The notes: generated from the letters alone by a model not told the origin. Numbered from the stretch's first letter, positions 50,613 to 63,400 are shown. The stretch is 64,000 nucleotides of DNA from Ginglymostoma cirratum (GCA_024137785.1 JAHRHZ010000016.1:37381404-37445403), one strand, 5' to 3'. Numbers and translations: made by a program.

Positions 50613-51614
50613 CCAGAATCAAGATTTTTTGTTGCTATCTATTATTCCTGGAGTACTTGCTAAAGGGAACACTGAGGTTATGACTGCCATTGATAAAGCA
50701 AGCTGATTTAGTTTGAAATATTCTCAACTGGTTAGCCATCCATTTGCAACTTTGAGTTAACCCTTTTCCCAATCAAGAAGGTGAACACATTGTTAATAGC
50801 TGTGAAGAAGCCTTCACAGTTCCAGCAAAAATGTGCATTTTTTAAAAAAACACTGCTTTTGATAGAAGGCTGTTGATCCTTTTTGAAATTAATGCCATTA
50901 TTTGGAGATAGTACATAATATTTGGTACTGTCAATACCTGATTCACTGAAAACCAGTTGATTTTTCCAGTAACCATTCTTTGTCACATAGCTGAACTTTA
51001 AAAGAGTATTTGACATTTGTTCAGAAAGAAAATAATCACTCTGCTCTTGTCAACTGCATGAATCATGAATGCTTTCAGTTCAGCTGTTCTTGGTGCATAT
51101 TATTAGATCTATGCTTTTTGTAGGTTTTTTCAAAGTCACGCTTTGTTGCTAATGGACCTGGATCAATAGAAAAAGTAACCTGAGACAATACTTTAATATG
51201 AAATAAGGCAACATGGCAACAGTGACTGAGGATATTTGCCATGGACAATCATAGGAGTTAGTAGTAAAATATAGAGGCTGATAAATAGCTGATATGTGAT
51301 TAGTTAGGGTGGTTGATGGTGAGTGCTGTACTTCTGTAAGAAATACTAGGGAAAATTCTGATATTAGAATGGTGGGGAGGGGTGTAAAGGGTTGGCATTC
51401 TTGGGGGGCTAAGTGTGCATTGAAAACTGAGTTGAAGCAGGCTGCTGTTGTGAATAAAAGATTCACAGATTTAATACCTAATAAGGAATGAGAGCTCATT
51501 ATTCATCAAGAGGTATGCGTAAGTGACACATTATACATAATATTATGGCATTAAATAATGTCAGCAAGTTACTGAGTGTCAGTATGATTTCAAATAAATC
51601 ATTTTAGTTCATCA

Positions 51615-52205
51615 CCACATTCATTCCTCAAGGCACTGGAGCAGTACCACCAACATTGCCCCTGCAAGATCCTGAGAATACCCTGGGAAGAAAGCTACAC
51701 CAACACCAGGGTCCTGATCAGGCCAACATCCCAAGCATCGAGGCACTGACCACCTTTGATTGTCTGCGATGGGCTGGACCTATTGTCCACATGACTGACA
51801 CAAGACTCCCCAAGCAGGTGCTCTACTCCCAGCTACGAAACGGCAGGCAAACTCCAGTTGGAAAGAGGAAGCTCTTCAGGGATACCCTCAAGACTCTACT
51901 GGTGAAGTGCAGCATTCCCACAGACACCTGGGAATCACTGACCCAAGACTTCCAAAGAGAAGGAGGAGCAACCAGGAAGGCATTGAGACTTGCCATCATG
52001 ATAAAATGGAAGCCAGGCGAAAACAGCAAAAGATGTGCACTGCCACACCAATGCCCCACCCACCCGTTCTAGTGACCATCACCTGCCCCAAGTAGAACAG
52101 AGCGTGCGGTAGCCACATCGGTCTGTACAGCCACCTATGGACTCACCACAAGAGTGTAAGAGAGCCATCCTCAGCTGCAAGGGACCACCAACAATTATGA
52201 TGATT
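51615..52205 (+). mobile_element. RTE-clade LINE 3' end
   Basis: LRWAGPIVHMTDTRLPKQVLYSQLRNG..GKRKLFRDTLK; C-terminal CP..RAC.SHIGLYSH. Confidence 0.9.
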
Positions 52206-52509
52206 TTTCTAAAATGAAAATGATTTTTTAAGAATCTTTACAATGATAATACCTCTAGACTAGAACAAGCACGTTGGAGAAATTTGTATACAAATATTAG
52301 CTTTTGCATTTATATCTGTTGTAGAGTGGAAAATCTTTGTGCCTTATTCCCTATATCTATTTGTAGTGCAGTATATTGTTATGATCACATTGTAAAGGAT
52401 GTCAGTATTGTATTATTGTGTGAGGACATGCATATCATGTACAGAATGAACAAATGGAGCAGAAAGTTGATATCACTGTGTCCCTTAAAATGATACCATC
52501 ATTACTTTC

Positions 52510-54428
52510 TGAGATACTTTTTATTCATTGAGAGATTATCAATGCTCTACACAAATATCAGTCACATTGTTTCAATTGAAGGATGTGAATTAGGAAGCTT
52601 TCCAAATAAATCTGAGTCGAGCAGGCTGCTCTGTCCTTTTTGTGTGTTCAAGCCTCTTGCTGAATCCCTCAGAAAGGATATGGTCATCAGAGAAGTGACT
52701 ATTCAAGGTATTGGAGGCACCTGTTGCCATCTTCTGCTCAGATCCACTATTGGTTTGTAGACTGATAGGATGCAGATGCCAATTTGAAAGGACATTGGGG
52801 GCCATGCTAATCGAGAGAAGAGCAAAACCAAGTACTCTGACTGATCCTTTGTCTCCTTTGTCAACAGGTTAGTTTACCTGAAAGTGCTTTAATAGACGTT
52901 AGATATGATTAGAGTAGCTGTGACATCTAAGAATCGAGTAGCAGTGATTAACCGAAAGCTGGCAGGAGGGATCATTGCTCCTTCTCCATTGTGTAGAAGA
53001 GCCTGGTCATCAAGTGTAAAGCACTCTGTGTTGTTAGACGTGGTGCAGGCAAATCCTGCAATCCTCATTCTTGCATTGTCACAATCATTTGAGTCCCCTT
53101 TGGCTTTATCTGGAAGTTGAAAACAGATTGTGTTTACAGAGATATCAAATACAAATCTCTAAGCGAAGGTGAATAAAACACACCTAAGATTTTCTGATGA
53201 AGGGTCTAGGCCCAAAACGTCAGCTTTCCTGCTCCTTTGCTGCTTGACCTGCTGTGTTCATCCAGCTCTTCACCTTGTTATCTCACCTAGTGTAACCTTC
53301 ATCCTGATGTCCAGTGTACTCTCCCAGTATGTAAATATCAAATGTAACTGCGTGCTAAGGTTCTTCTTGTCCCTGGTGTTGGGAGGATGGATCTGGTCAC
53401 ATTGCTGCAGGACACTCCAAGTAGTTGGATAGTGCTACACTACTGCCTCTTATGGAGAGGTTAATGCAGGAAAATACATTGACCACAAGTCTATCTCACA
53501 GTGATCGGCATGGAACATCCTTGAAGCCCTGTCAGTAAATGAGACTGTAGATCCTGCCAAATAGTTCCTTGAACTGACTGTCCAAGTCATCAGGCAGAAT
53601 GCCAAATCCCTAGAAATTACAAATGGGCACCATAGCTCAGCTTGGCTAGCGATGAGAAAGGTCCTTACTAGCAAATACACTCTGAACAACCAGATTCTTA
53701 ACTCCTCTACACATGGCTGTTGTGATGGGGAAGAGACTTGTTCACCTTCTCGTGAAAAATGTTTTTGTAAGGAAGGTCTTGGAAGAGATACAACAGTTTC
53801 TGTCATGGTTCATTCCACACAGTTTTGTGGGGCAGAGCTTCATGCACTGCAAAAAAATTCCAGGGTCGCGCATGGAGAAAAGTACAAACTGCACATAGTG
53901 GGCCATCATCTCAATGAAAGATGCTCTTATATCTGTCCTAGACCTGCTGGTCTTATAGTGAAAGGTATTGCCCTCGACTGATTGTTACAGACTATCACAT
54001 TTCAAGTTGCAAGACTGCATTGCTGAGGGATTAATTTGGGGTAACTATTGCAGAGGCACAATCGGGAGAAGTCACTTCCTAAAATCTTTCAGCCATCGTA
54101 CACCAGTAGGCTGGAAACTTCAGAGCCCCTTGGGCAGTGTGCCTTACAAAGCATGTATGCTCTGAATCAAGAGTATTGAAAATATATTGAGACACCTGAG
54201 AACATAACATGATGTATATTTATTAGAAGTGTTGTAATTTTCAATGTGGAACGTTTTGCTCTCAAGTTGTACACCTGGCATGGAATGCATTTTGTAAATA
54301 ATGAATCTATGACAGTTATATTGAATGTAACATTCTGTATGGGGACAAGTTGAATGTTGTCGCAAATTTTGTAAGATTCAAATAATTCTTCAGACATATT
54401 TGATGAATAAAGTGTATTTTGAGGAAAA
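52510..54428 (+). mobile_element. L1/Tx1-clade LINE ORF2 remnant with 3' end
   Basis: LYTNISHIVSIEG.E..SFP.KS..R...F.PLAESLRKD..IREVTI.G.GG; QNA.S.EITN.H..SAWL.MR; zinc-knuckle GC.GEET.VHLL; ends TGAATAAAGTGTATTTT. Confidence 0.85.
53187..53283 (+). mobile_element. Single-arm family-A PLE repeat inserted in Tx1, possible 6-bp TSD
   Basis: TTTTCTGATGAAGGGTCTAGGCCCAAAACGTCAGC..; CACCTA at 53181-53186 and 53284-53289. Confidence 0.85.
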
Positions 54429-54445
54429 TGAAGAGAGACTGTCAA

Positions 54446-55859
54446 TGTAATGCTAAATTAAGGGCAGGATTTGTTCCTGTTCCTTATCCCTTTGGTAACT
54501 GGACTGAGATTATCTTATTGATCTTAGAGAGAATTGTTGAAGTGAGCCATAAGAGGATGTTTCGATTCCAGCAGCCCGGATTATGTTAAAACTTGAATTC
54601 CAGGCATGAAAAGTAAAGTGTTGACTTTGAGCACTGGAGATTTGCTGTTTTGATCAGAATTTGTGTGATGGCAGAAAACCTAAGGTCAAAGCTTGGATGC
54701 TTACTTTATCACAGTCACCTTTTATTTATTCCAGATTTTCTTTTTTACAAATTTCACTTAGAATTTATGCCTTAAGAACACTAGTCTGAGGTTTTAGGTT
54801 ACTCATCCTTTGCTTTACTGTTATGTTTTTTTTGCCCCCGTGAGTTAGATCAGCAAGAGAACAGAATGCAGTGAAGGATGTGTGGCATATAGATTCACAT
54901 AATTTATGTTAGAATTTGAATTTTAAACTGGTGACTTATGGAAATTGTGAAGAGATTTAAAAATTAACCAGCTCAGTCTTTCTGGAACCATGATTTAAAA
55001 CCAGTATTTATCAAATAACAGGTCTGCAAGCCTCTTGGATATTAATGGAAACAGACTTACACTGTGACATTGCCTACAAGAGACAGAAAACATTAAGCCA
55101 TCAGCTTTATCATAATTAAAGGTGAATAATTTTCTAAAATTTAGTTCAAAAGCTTTTGAGTTGAGTTTGAAAGTGACCCAACTGGTATCAGAACAAGTAT
55201 TGGCTCTCCCAGAAAAGGAGTTTTTTCAAATCAGTTAAGGAATAAGTTACATTCGTAAAAGTATTTAGTTTGTGAAACTTAAAGACCAAGAATGTCTGAA
55301 TTAAAACCTGTATTGGTTATTCAAAACTGAGAAAATCTGAGATCTTAGTTGCGTGAATAGTTAAGAGAAAAGACCTCACAGCTCATCGGACAAGACCTGC
55401 AAACAAACACTTTAGCCATACCTATAGATTTGACAGAGAAGGAAATTTTCTCTGCACATTGATTAATTATAAAATGTGTTATTGAGTAGTAGATGGGATT
55501 TCATTTTGGCATGGGTTTTGAAATCTTTCAAACTGTTTCACATTTAGATGGCTTCCAAAGAAGTGTCTTATTGACTCGAAACATCAATTTTGTTTCTTGA
55601 TGGATACTGTCATATCTTCTGAGTTGTTCTGACTCTTTTTGTATTTATTCTTATATTTTAATAGCTTGGTTTGTTTTAATTCATTTTTCTATGTTTAATA
55701 ACCATCTGTTTTATTGTTGAAAACAAATATGCAACCTTGTTGGTATTTGTGTTTCAATGAAAGGATTTGCTTTAAATAAGAAAAACACAAACATGATCTA
55801 CCAAAACAGCTTTCATTCCAGGATTTGACTTGACCATTACGTCAGCTGGGATCATAACA
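54446..55859 (+). mobile_element. Possible old solo LTR containing small SINE/PLE fragments
   Basis: Begins TGTAATG and ends GGGATCATAACA (TG..CA, imperfect terminal inverted repeat); no TSD found. Confidence 0.3.
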
Positions 55860-56279
55860 AGGGGATGAGGTAGGTGGGTAAGGGCATATGTTGGGAGTTG
55901 CCAGGTGGGTAGGATGGTGGGTGGGAAGGGTAGTGTTGTATTTGCGCCAATTACCACTGCTGGCATCTTATGATATCTGCCCACTCCTTTTAGTATGTGA
56001 CATAGTGTAAAGGTTGTTTGACGCTGCTATGTGCTACCAGTCCCCCTTTGTTTCTTCTGTGCCTAGGGCCCATCAAATGATACAATACCACAGGTCCTTG
56101 CCAAAAGAGGCTTCGTTAGAAGTTAATAAGTTGGTTTATTGCATGATGACAATAAGTTCAACTGAATCGTTACTGAGTCATAATTACAAAGGATTCTCAG
56201 GAGTTGAATTAATATTTCCGCTTCCAGTGAAGACTAGTGAAAAACTCAGTGTCTCTGTCCAAATAGTATATAATACTTC

Positions 56280-56410
56280 AGAGATAATAGGAACTGCAGA
56301 TGCTGGAGAATCTGAGATAACAAGATGTGGAGCTGGATGAACACAGCAGGCCGAGCAGCATCATAGGAGGAGGAAAGCTTGATGTTTCGAGCCTAGACCC
56401 TTCATCAGAT
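56280..56410 (-). mobile_element. Single-arm family-A PLE terminal repeat with hammerhead motif
   Basis: Minus strand AU-CUGAUGA-AGGGUCUAGGCUC-GAAA-CA-UC-AAG. Confidence 0.88.
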
Positions 56411-57459
56411 TAGGTGGGGCTAATGCAAATGTGACATTAGCACTGTCAGAGCTATTATTTTCTACAACAGGTATGGTGAAAGAGTGGAGGAAGGCTGGAT
56501 GAGGGCTTAAGGGAGGTCAGGGAGAGTTGGGTGGTTGCAAAGATAGGTGCAGTCAAGAGGGAGGTTGTAGTCAGAGGTGGGGTTAGACATAGGGGAATGT
56601 GTCAGAGGGGAGTCTAGAGAGATTGGGGGAAGCGGCCAGAGACCAATGGGCATTACGGTGAATCAGCAGGGACCTACAGTCAGAGACAACTGCAGTTGGG
56701 GTTGTAGTGTTGGGTTTGGTTCTAGGACATAGAGTCAGGCAGTTTGGGTCAGTTGGGATGATGTCAGACTGAGGGACATGTTTGGTGTGTACGTGTGTGT
56801 CCATCCATCTGTCCATCATTCCTTACTTCCTTTGGCTTATATCGATGGCCAAAATCAAAATGAGTTTCTCAGTGTCCATTAAGGATAAGGAGATCATTGG
56901 CAGGTCAGACAGTCAATTTAATAATTACCCTGGAGTTAGGATAGGGTTTAGTTCCTCTAGCATTTCCTGACTAACAATTAGGCCAAGTGGTTGGAATCAT
57001 CCAAAGCCTGAGTGTTTCAGACGCCAGGTAATTCCCTGTTAGAAGTTTCAACTTCTGGACATATGCAGTTAGCAGCACTGAGATTTCTGCATGTCTTGTT
57101 GCAAAACTCCTGTCTATGTTTTTGCAAGACAATCTTGCGTTTGGAATGTCTGGGTCATTGTAAGTATTTGCATTCATATTGCATCTTGAATACTTGATAT
57201 ATTTATATTGGGACTTAATTTTTATTCTATTATGTACTGACTTTCTGAGTGCAATTCAACAGAAATCGGAGACCAGCAACTGAGTTTAAAATATAAATTG
57301 ATTTTCTGTGATATTTCTGCAACAGAGGACTAAATGTGTGTTAAAGAACAGAAGTAACACACAATAGACTGAATCAAGTGATCCCAACGATCAATGGATC
57401 AGATCAAAGCTCTGTAATCCCACCACGTGCAGTCATCGAGAACCATCCCCATTGAATAA

Positions 57460-58200
57460 AAAACTACCAAGTGGCAAGTAAAATGCACACAGCTACATGG
57501 AAATGAGCATCTGTAACAAAAGAGTCTTTAACATTTCCCCCTAGCATTCAAAATTATTACCGTTACTGAATTCCTTCATTGTGAACATTCTAGAGTTTCA
57601 ATTGACCAGAAACCCAACCGTACTGTGACTATAGGAGTGGGTTAGTAACGGGACTTTCTGGTGCAACTTACCTCCCAACCCCCCAAAATCTGCTCACCAT
57701 ATGGCATACAGAAGTAATGAATATTAGGAAATACTGTTGACTATGTGGCTCACATAGCCTTCAAAAATCTCAGCAACATCCAGGCCAAAGCTACCTGCTT
57801 GATCCCTACCCTGTCTATAGTTCAAACATTCGCTCCTTCTACCAACTTTACACAGTTACAGCAGCCTATACCATCACAGGATGCACTGCAGCAATTCTTT
57901 CAACCTCATTTACACCACCTTTCAAACATGTGAACTCAACCACCTATAAATTCAAGGGCAGAAGACACATCAATACACCACTTAGTCATTCCCCTCCACA
58001 CCACACTGATTTGGAATGATATTACCATTCCTTCATTGTTGATGAGTTAAAGTCCTGGAACTCCATTCTTCATGACACTGGATGGACCTATACCAGGTGA
58101 AATGCAGCAATTCAAGAAAGTTGTTCACCTTTATCTTCTCAAATGTAATTATATTGTGGACCACAAATACAGCCTTGACAGTAATATGCATATCTGAAGA
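57460..58200 (+). mobile_element. L2/Crack-like LINE 3' region, degenerate
   Basis: KWQV, NIL.V.IDQK, CAACATCCAGGCCAAAGC, AAAGTCCTGGAACTCC; similar to 18395-18900. Confidence 0.65.
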
Positions 58201-58211
58201 CATAGAGATTT

Positions 58212-58402
58212 GAAGTGGAGGAAGTGATGGAGGTGGGCACAATTACAACATTCAAAAGGCATCTGGATGGGTATGTGAATACGAAGGGTTTAGAGGAATG
58301 TGGGCCAAATTCTGGCAAATGGGATTAGGAAGTTTTGGATGTCTGGTCAGCACGGACGAGTTGGATCAAATGGTCTGTTTCCATGCAGTACGATTCTATA
58401 AC
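58212..58402 (+). mobile_element. CR1 LINE 3' tail
   Basis: GAGGAAGTGATGGAGG..ACAATTACAACATTCAAAAGGCATCTGGATGGGTAT; like 35420-35610. Confidence 0.85.
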
Positions 58403-59168
58403 TCTTTTTCTATAAGTCTCTTTCTACTACTCTTTTGTGCTAGTTCAAAAACAAATTGGACGAGACGTAGTCTTCACTGACCAAATAAGCCAATTTCCCA
58501 TAGAAAATCAGTAGAAAATTTTGTTAATTGTGTTCGTTTGAAGACTTGGAAAGGGTTCTGTGACTGAAAATATTTTAATGCAAAGACACTAGTGAGTATG
58601 TTTTAAAGTTTTAAATTTTTTTAAAAGTTTATTAAAAAATTGGCTATTGAATTCCACTATAGCTTATAAATAGTTTAATGTATTTAACAATAATGGTTTA
58701 TGAGCAGGTGAAGAATTTGTACTGTAATTTAGAGTTGCTTAATTTGTGTAGTAAACATGTTTTCAACAGTATGCATTGAATAATAAATAAATCTTCAATT
58801 CTATTAGAATCAATTAGACCGCAGGACAGACATGTTCCTTTGAAAATGAAGGACAGGAGTAGCAGGATAAAGGAACCTTGGATGACAAGGGAAATTATTA
58901 GCTTAGTCAAAAACAAACATACCTAAGATCTCAGCAACTAAAAACAGACAAAGTCCTTGAAGAATATAGAGGAAGTAGGAAGGAGCTCGAATGGGGAGTG
59001 AGGAGTGCTAAAAGGGGCTATGAAATGTCCTTGGCCAGCAGGGTCAAGGAGAAACCCCAAGGCATATATGAGAAGAAAGAGGGTGGTTGGGGAAAGAGTA
59101 GTCCAGCTCAAGGACAAAGGAAGGATGTTATGTGTAGAGCCAGAGTAAATGGGTGAGATCCTTGATGA

Positions 59169-59344
59169 CCAGGCGTGGGGCTGGATGAACACAGCAGGAC
59201 AAGCAGCATCATAGGAGCAGGAAAACTTGACATTTCAGGCCTAGACCCTTTCTGATGAAGGGTCTAGGCCCGAAACGTCAAGTTTTCCTGCTTCTATGAT
59301 GCTGCTTGGCCTGCTGTGTTCATCCAGCCCCACGCCTTGTTATC
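59169..59344. mobile_element. Fully assembled palindromic family-A PLE-derived insertion (176 bp) with 15-bp TSD
   Basis: ~80-bp inverted arms; TGAGATCCTTGATGA at 59154-59168 and 59345-59359. Confidence 0.93.
59249..59282 (+). ncRNA. Minimal hammerhead ribozyme motif (family A)
   Basis: UUU-CUGAUGA-A-GGGUCUAGGCCC-GAAA-CG-UC-AAG; predicted cut after C59279. Confidence 0.75.
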
Positions 59345-60104
59345 TGAGATCCTTGATGAGTACTTTACATTGACATTCACCAAAGAAAGGGCTATCAAGG
59401 ATATTGAAGTGAGGGAACTGTGTGTGAATACTCTCAGGCAGGTCAGCTTAAAGAAGGAGTAAGTATTGGATATCTTGAAATACATTAAGGTAGATAAGTC
59501 TCCAGGGTCAGATGGGCTCTACCCCATGACATTGTGGGAGACAAGGGAGGAAATAGCTAGTGCCTTAACAGATGTCTTTGCATCCTCTTTGGTCTCAGGT
59601 CAGGTTCCAGAGGACTGGAGAATGGCCAATATTGTTCCTTTGTTTAAGCCAGGAAACAGATAATCCAGGTAATTACAGGCCGGTGAGCCTGAATTCTGTA
59701 GTGGGAAAACTGTTGGAGAAGATAATGAGAGACAGGATTTATTCACATTTGAAAGTGAATTGGCTTGTTAGTGATAGGCAGCATGAGTTTGTGTGGGGAA
59801 GGTCATGTCTCATGAATTTGATAAGAGTTTTTTTGAGGAGATGACAAGAATGATTGATGAGGGGAGGGCAGTGAATATTGTCTACATGGACTTTGGTAAG
59901 GTATTTGATAAGGTCCCTTATGGTAGGCTGGTATAGAAGGTAGAATCTCATGGGGTCTGGGGTGAGCTGATAGATACAAAACTGGCTCCATCATAGAAGA
60001 CAGACAGTAATAGTAGAAGGGTGCTTTTCAGAATGGAGATCAGTAACTAGTGGTGCTCCACAGGGATCAGTGCTGGGACCTTTGTTGTTTATATATAAAT
60101 AACT

Positions 60105-60428
60105 GTATATTCCCGACAGAGGGAAAGCAAGCTATTCAGCCCACTGAGTCCACATTAACCCTCTGTAGAGCACCCTGCACAGACCGAGCCCACTGCCCTA
60201 TCCCTGTAACCCTGCATTTCCCGTGGCTAATCCCCCACCTATCCTGCACAACTATGGACAGTTTAGCATGGCCAATCTAAACTGCACTTCTTTGGACTGT
60301 GGGAGGACACCCACGCAGAGGGAGAATGTGCAAACTCCCCACAGACAGTCGCCTGAGGGTGGTATCAAACCTGGGTCCCTGGTGCTATGAGGCAGCAGCA
60401 CTAACCACTGAGCCACTGTGCTGCTTCC
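60105..60428 (-). mobile_element. Near full-length HE1-like V-SINE inserted in CR1
   Basis: Minus strand GCAGCACAGTGGCTCAGTGGTTAGTGCTGCTGCCTCA (A-box), CCAGGTTTGATACC (B-box), V-domain. Confidence 0.88.
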
Positions 60429-63400
60429 AATCTGGAAGAAAATGTGAATGGTCTGCTTAGTAAGTTTGCAGATCACACCAAAATTGATGGAGTTACAGAT
60501 AGGGAGGATTGTCAAAGGAACACAATGTGATATAGTTCGGTTGCAGAATTAGGCACAGAAATGGCAGATGGAGTTTAATCTGAATAAATGTGAGGTGATA
60601 CATTTTGGAAGATCAAATTCTGGTGCAAATTATACAATAAATGGCAGAACCCTTCGGAGTATTGACATGCAGAAGCCTCTAGGCACACAGGTCCAAGATA
60701 CCTGAAAGTGCCAATACAGATGGATAAAGTGATCTAGAAGGCATACAGTTGGCTTGCCTTCATCAGCTGGGGCATCAAATGCAAAAGTTTGCAAGGTATG
60801 TTACATCTGTACAAAACATTAGTTTAGCCACATATGGAATATCACATTCAGTTCTGGTTGCCACACTAAGAGAAAGATGTGGATGCTTTGGAGAGGTGCA
60901 GAGAAGAACTACCAGGATGTTGCAGCTTCTGGAGGGTTTTAGTTATGAGAAGAGGTTGGATAAACTCAGATTATTTTCACTGGAAAGACAGAGGCTGAGG
61001 GTCGAACAGATAGAGGTCTACAAAATTATGGGAGGCAGTGGTGGGGTGGATAGTCAGAGGCTTTTTCCCACGGTAAAAAAGTCAACTACGTGAGGACACA
61101 GATTCATGGTGAAAGGGGGAATGTTTAAGGGAGAAGTGTGGGGAGAATATTTCACACAGCGGGTAGTGTGTGCTTGGAATGGACTGACGGTGAAGTTGGT
61201 GGAAGTGGGCATATTAGCAACATTTAAGTACATTTTGATCGACACATGAATAGGAAGCGAACAGGGGGATAGAAACCATGCATAGACAATAAGTAATGGG
61301 ACTAAATAAGGATTAGAATCGGTGCAAACATAGTGGGCTAAAAGGCCCGTTCCTGTGTTATACTGATTTGTATTTTATTGTATCTATATATCAAACTTTA
61401 CATTATGTTTCAATAAATATTTTTGAAACTAAATATATCTTTTTTAAAAACATACTTTGAAACACTACCCAACTGAACTGATTTACCACAACTGTTGTAT
61501 TCAACAAATACAAATAAGTCTGAGTGGAAACTTGAGAAAATAAATCCACTGTTCAAAGCAGGCACAATTTTAGATGCAATTTGTGGCCAAAATGGAAAAA
61601 AAAATGTCGGCTTAGCTGACAAACTAGAATTCAGGCATCAAAATTAATCACAGAATTTCTGACTACTCCTATAACCCTGTGAACAGTACAGTACAGTGCA
61701 CAATGCAAAAATGAACACCAGCTGCCAGAACCATTGATATTATAAATGGAAGTCTACCTTTTAATGTAGAACGGCTAGTGGAACAAGACAAGTTATTCAT
61801 TCACCATGCTGGTAGAATACAATATTAGTGAGAACAGAACGCACAACTAATAAGGTCCAATGGAGGAAATTATTAGGTTTCTGAGGCATTTGAAATAAGC
61901 ATTTAGGGAGCTGTGCATTATTTCAAACTTTCAAAGTGAACTTATTTCGAAAGTATATGTCTAATGAAACTCCAAAGACACAGGAGGTCCACAAAGTTTC
62001 TGATCCCTTTTTAATGAGAGAAAAAGAATGATTAGTTCCATTCTATTAGTTCGCATAGCTTTGTCTTTTATTAGAAACAGTCCCTCAACTTGAAAAAGAA
62101 ATAAGAAGGAAAAATCCATTTTAACCACATCAGAAAAGATTGTTGATTTTAACTGCAAGATTCTAACACATAAAACTACAATCATACCTATGAACTCTAA
62201 AACAAATACAAAATTTTTATTTATTTAATTGACCTGAAGAAAGAGTTTTAGTCCCCACCGGTTCTGGAAGATGATGTGGGCATACATTATAAATAATGTT
62301 TTTAACTGGCTTACTGGTTGCCCAGCTCCAAACTACGGACCATTTCTCTGGTGGAGTAGGAACGTGAGTGTCAAGATAGAGTTACAGAAACATTCTGACC
62401 TAGTTTATCTTCCCATTACCTGTTTTTCATAAATAAATTTTAATAATATGGCATACTTTGCCAAATTTTATGACCATTGTTTAACTCCAACTAACAGCTT
62501 AGGTTATCACACTTGCGCTCAATCTGCCAATCTGTAGGCATTGAAAGTTGGGGCCTAAAATACCACCCCTGCAATTATTGTTCCAAGATGTCATAGTGTT
62601 TGAAAAACCGGAAAGATCTTGGTTTTATTACTTAAACCGTGGTCCTATCTACTTAGGCGTAGGCATGTTTTCCTTACGTTGTCAGCCTGGGTAAAACAGT
62701 GAAGAGGCACGGTTGCAGCAGAGAAAATCACACAGTTACTTTCCACCTTCATAAATATGTGTGAAATCCTCAGTGGAGGAGCTTCAAGTTTAGCTTTCAT
62801 TGTCTAGGCTCATTCTGAATAGTTGGAGGGAATTGAAACCTGCAGGATGATGCCCAAGGAGCAATTGGTGCCTTCAGGATAAAGGAAAATAAAAATAATA
62901 AATTTTAAAAAAGGGAAAAGAATAAGTAAATATTCTTACTGACATATTTTCATCATCAAAATGTAGATGTCAATTTTTCAGCCTAACAGGAAGGTGCTAT
63001 GTATTCAATATTTAACCAGCACTCTGATATAGATTTCAGCCCACACTACAGGAATAGCCAGACAAATGAACAGTTTATCTATGATGCTATGACGACATTG
63101 AAATAAGAAAATACAAGCATAAGGCATGCAAAGAAGCCTCATGAATAGGAATGAAAATGAAATATCAGCAATGTAACAGCTAACACAGAATTTAGTTGAG
63201 CACTTTTACTTGGCCTCGATAAAAGCATCATACCTCACCCTTAGCCAACAGTTAATATCCCGGTTTCCAAAAGTGGACATAAAATTGCATACTTAAGATT
63301 TGTCCTCTTGTGTGTTTTTTGGCAGTGCATATTAGAAAACAAAGTTTATGAGAAATTAACACTGGGTGTAACTATAGAGATTGCTTCACACAGAAAGATA

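Larger units (their letters stand above)
58820..61380 (+). mobile_element. Long CR1 LINE remnant (linker, RT, 3' end) with two nested insertions
   Basis: KVDKSPGSDGLYP, VPEDWRMANIVPLFK, NPGNYRPVSL.S, SGAPQGSVLGP, SKFADHTK, FTQRVV.AWN. Confidence 0.93.

Noticed and set aside
50732-51016. 94-aa minus-strand ORF
   Set aside because: No recognisable homology or exon boundaries; length compatible with chance
59169-59344. Palindromes as DNA-transposon MITEs or miRNA genes
   Set aside because: Arms match a PLE 3' terminus, ends are unequal and TSDs are long and variable; no evidence for miRNA processing
14646-59485. Recurrent peptide SSFPAPMMLL.LLCSSS as a protein family
   Set aside because: Chance translation of the non-coding PLE terminal repeat
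60355-60428. tRNA-like sequence (also at 4360-4445, 20540-20600 and 21395-21450)
   Set aside because: SINE heads with A/B boxes; no complete cloverleaf
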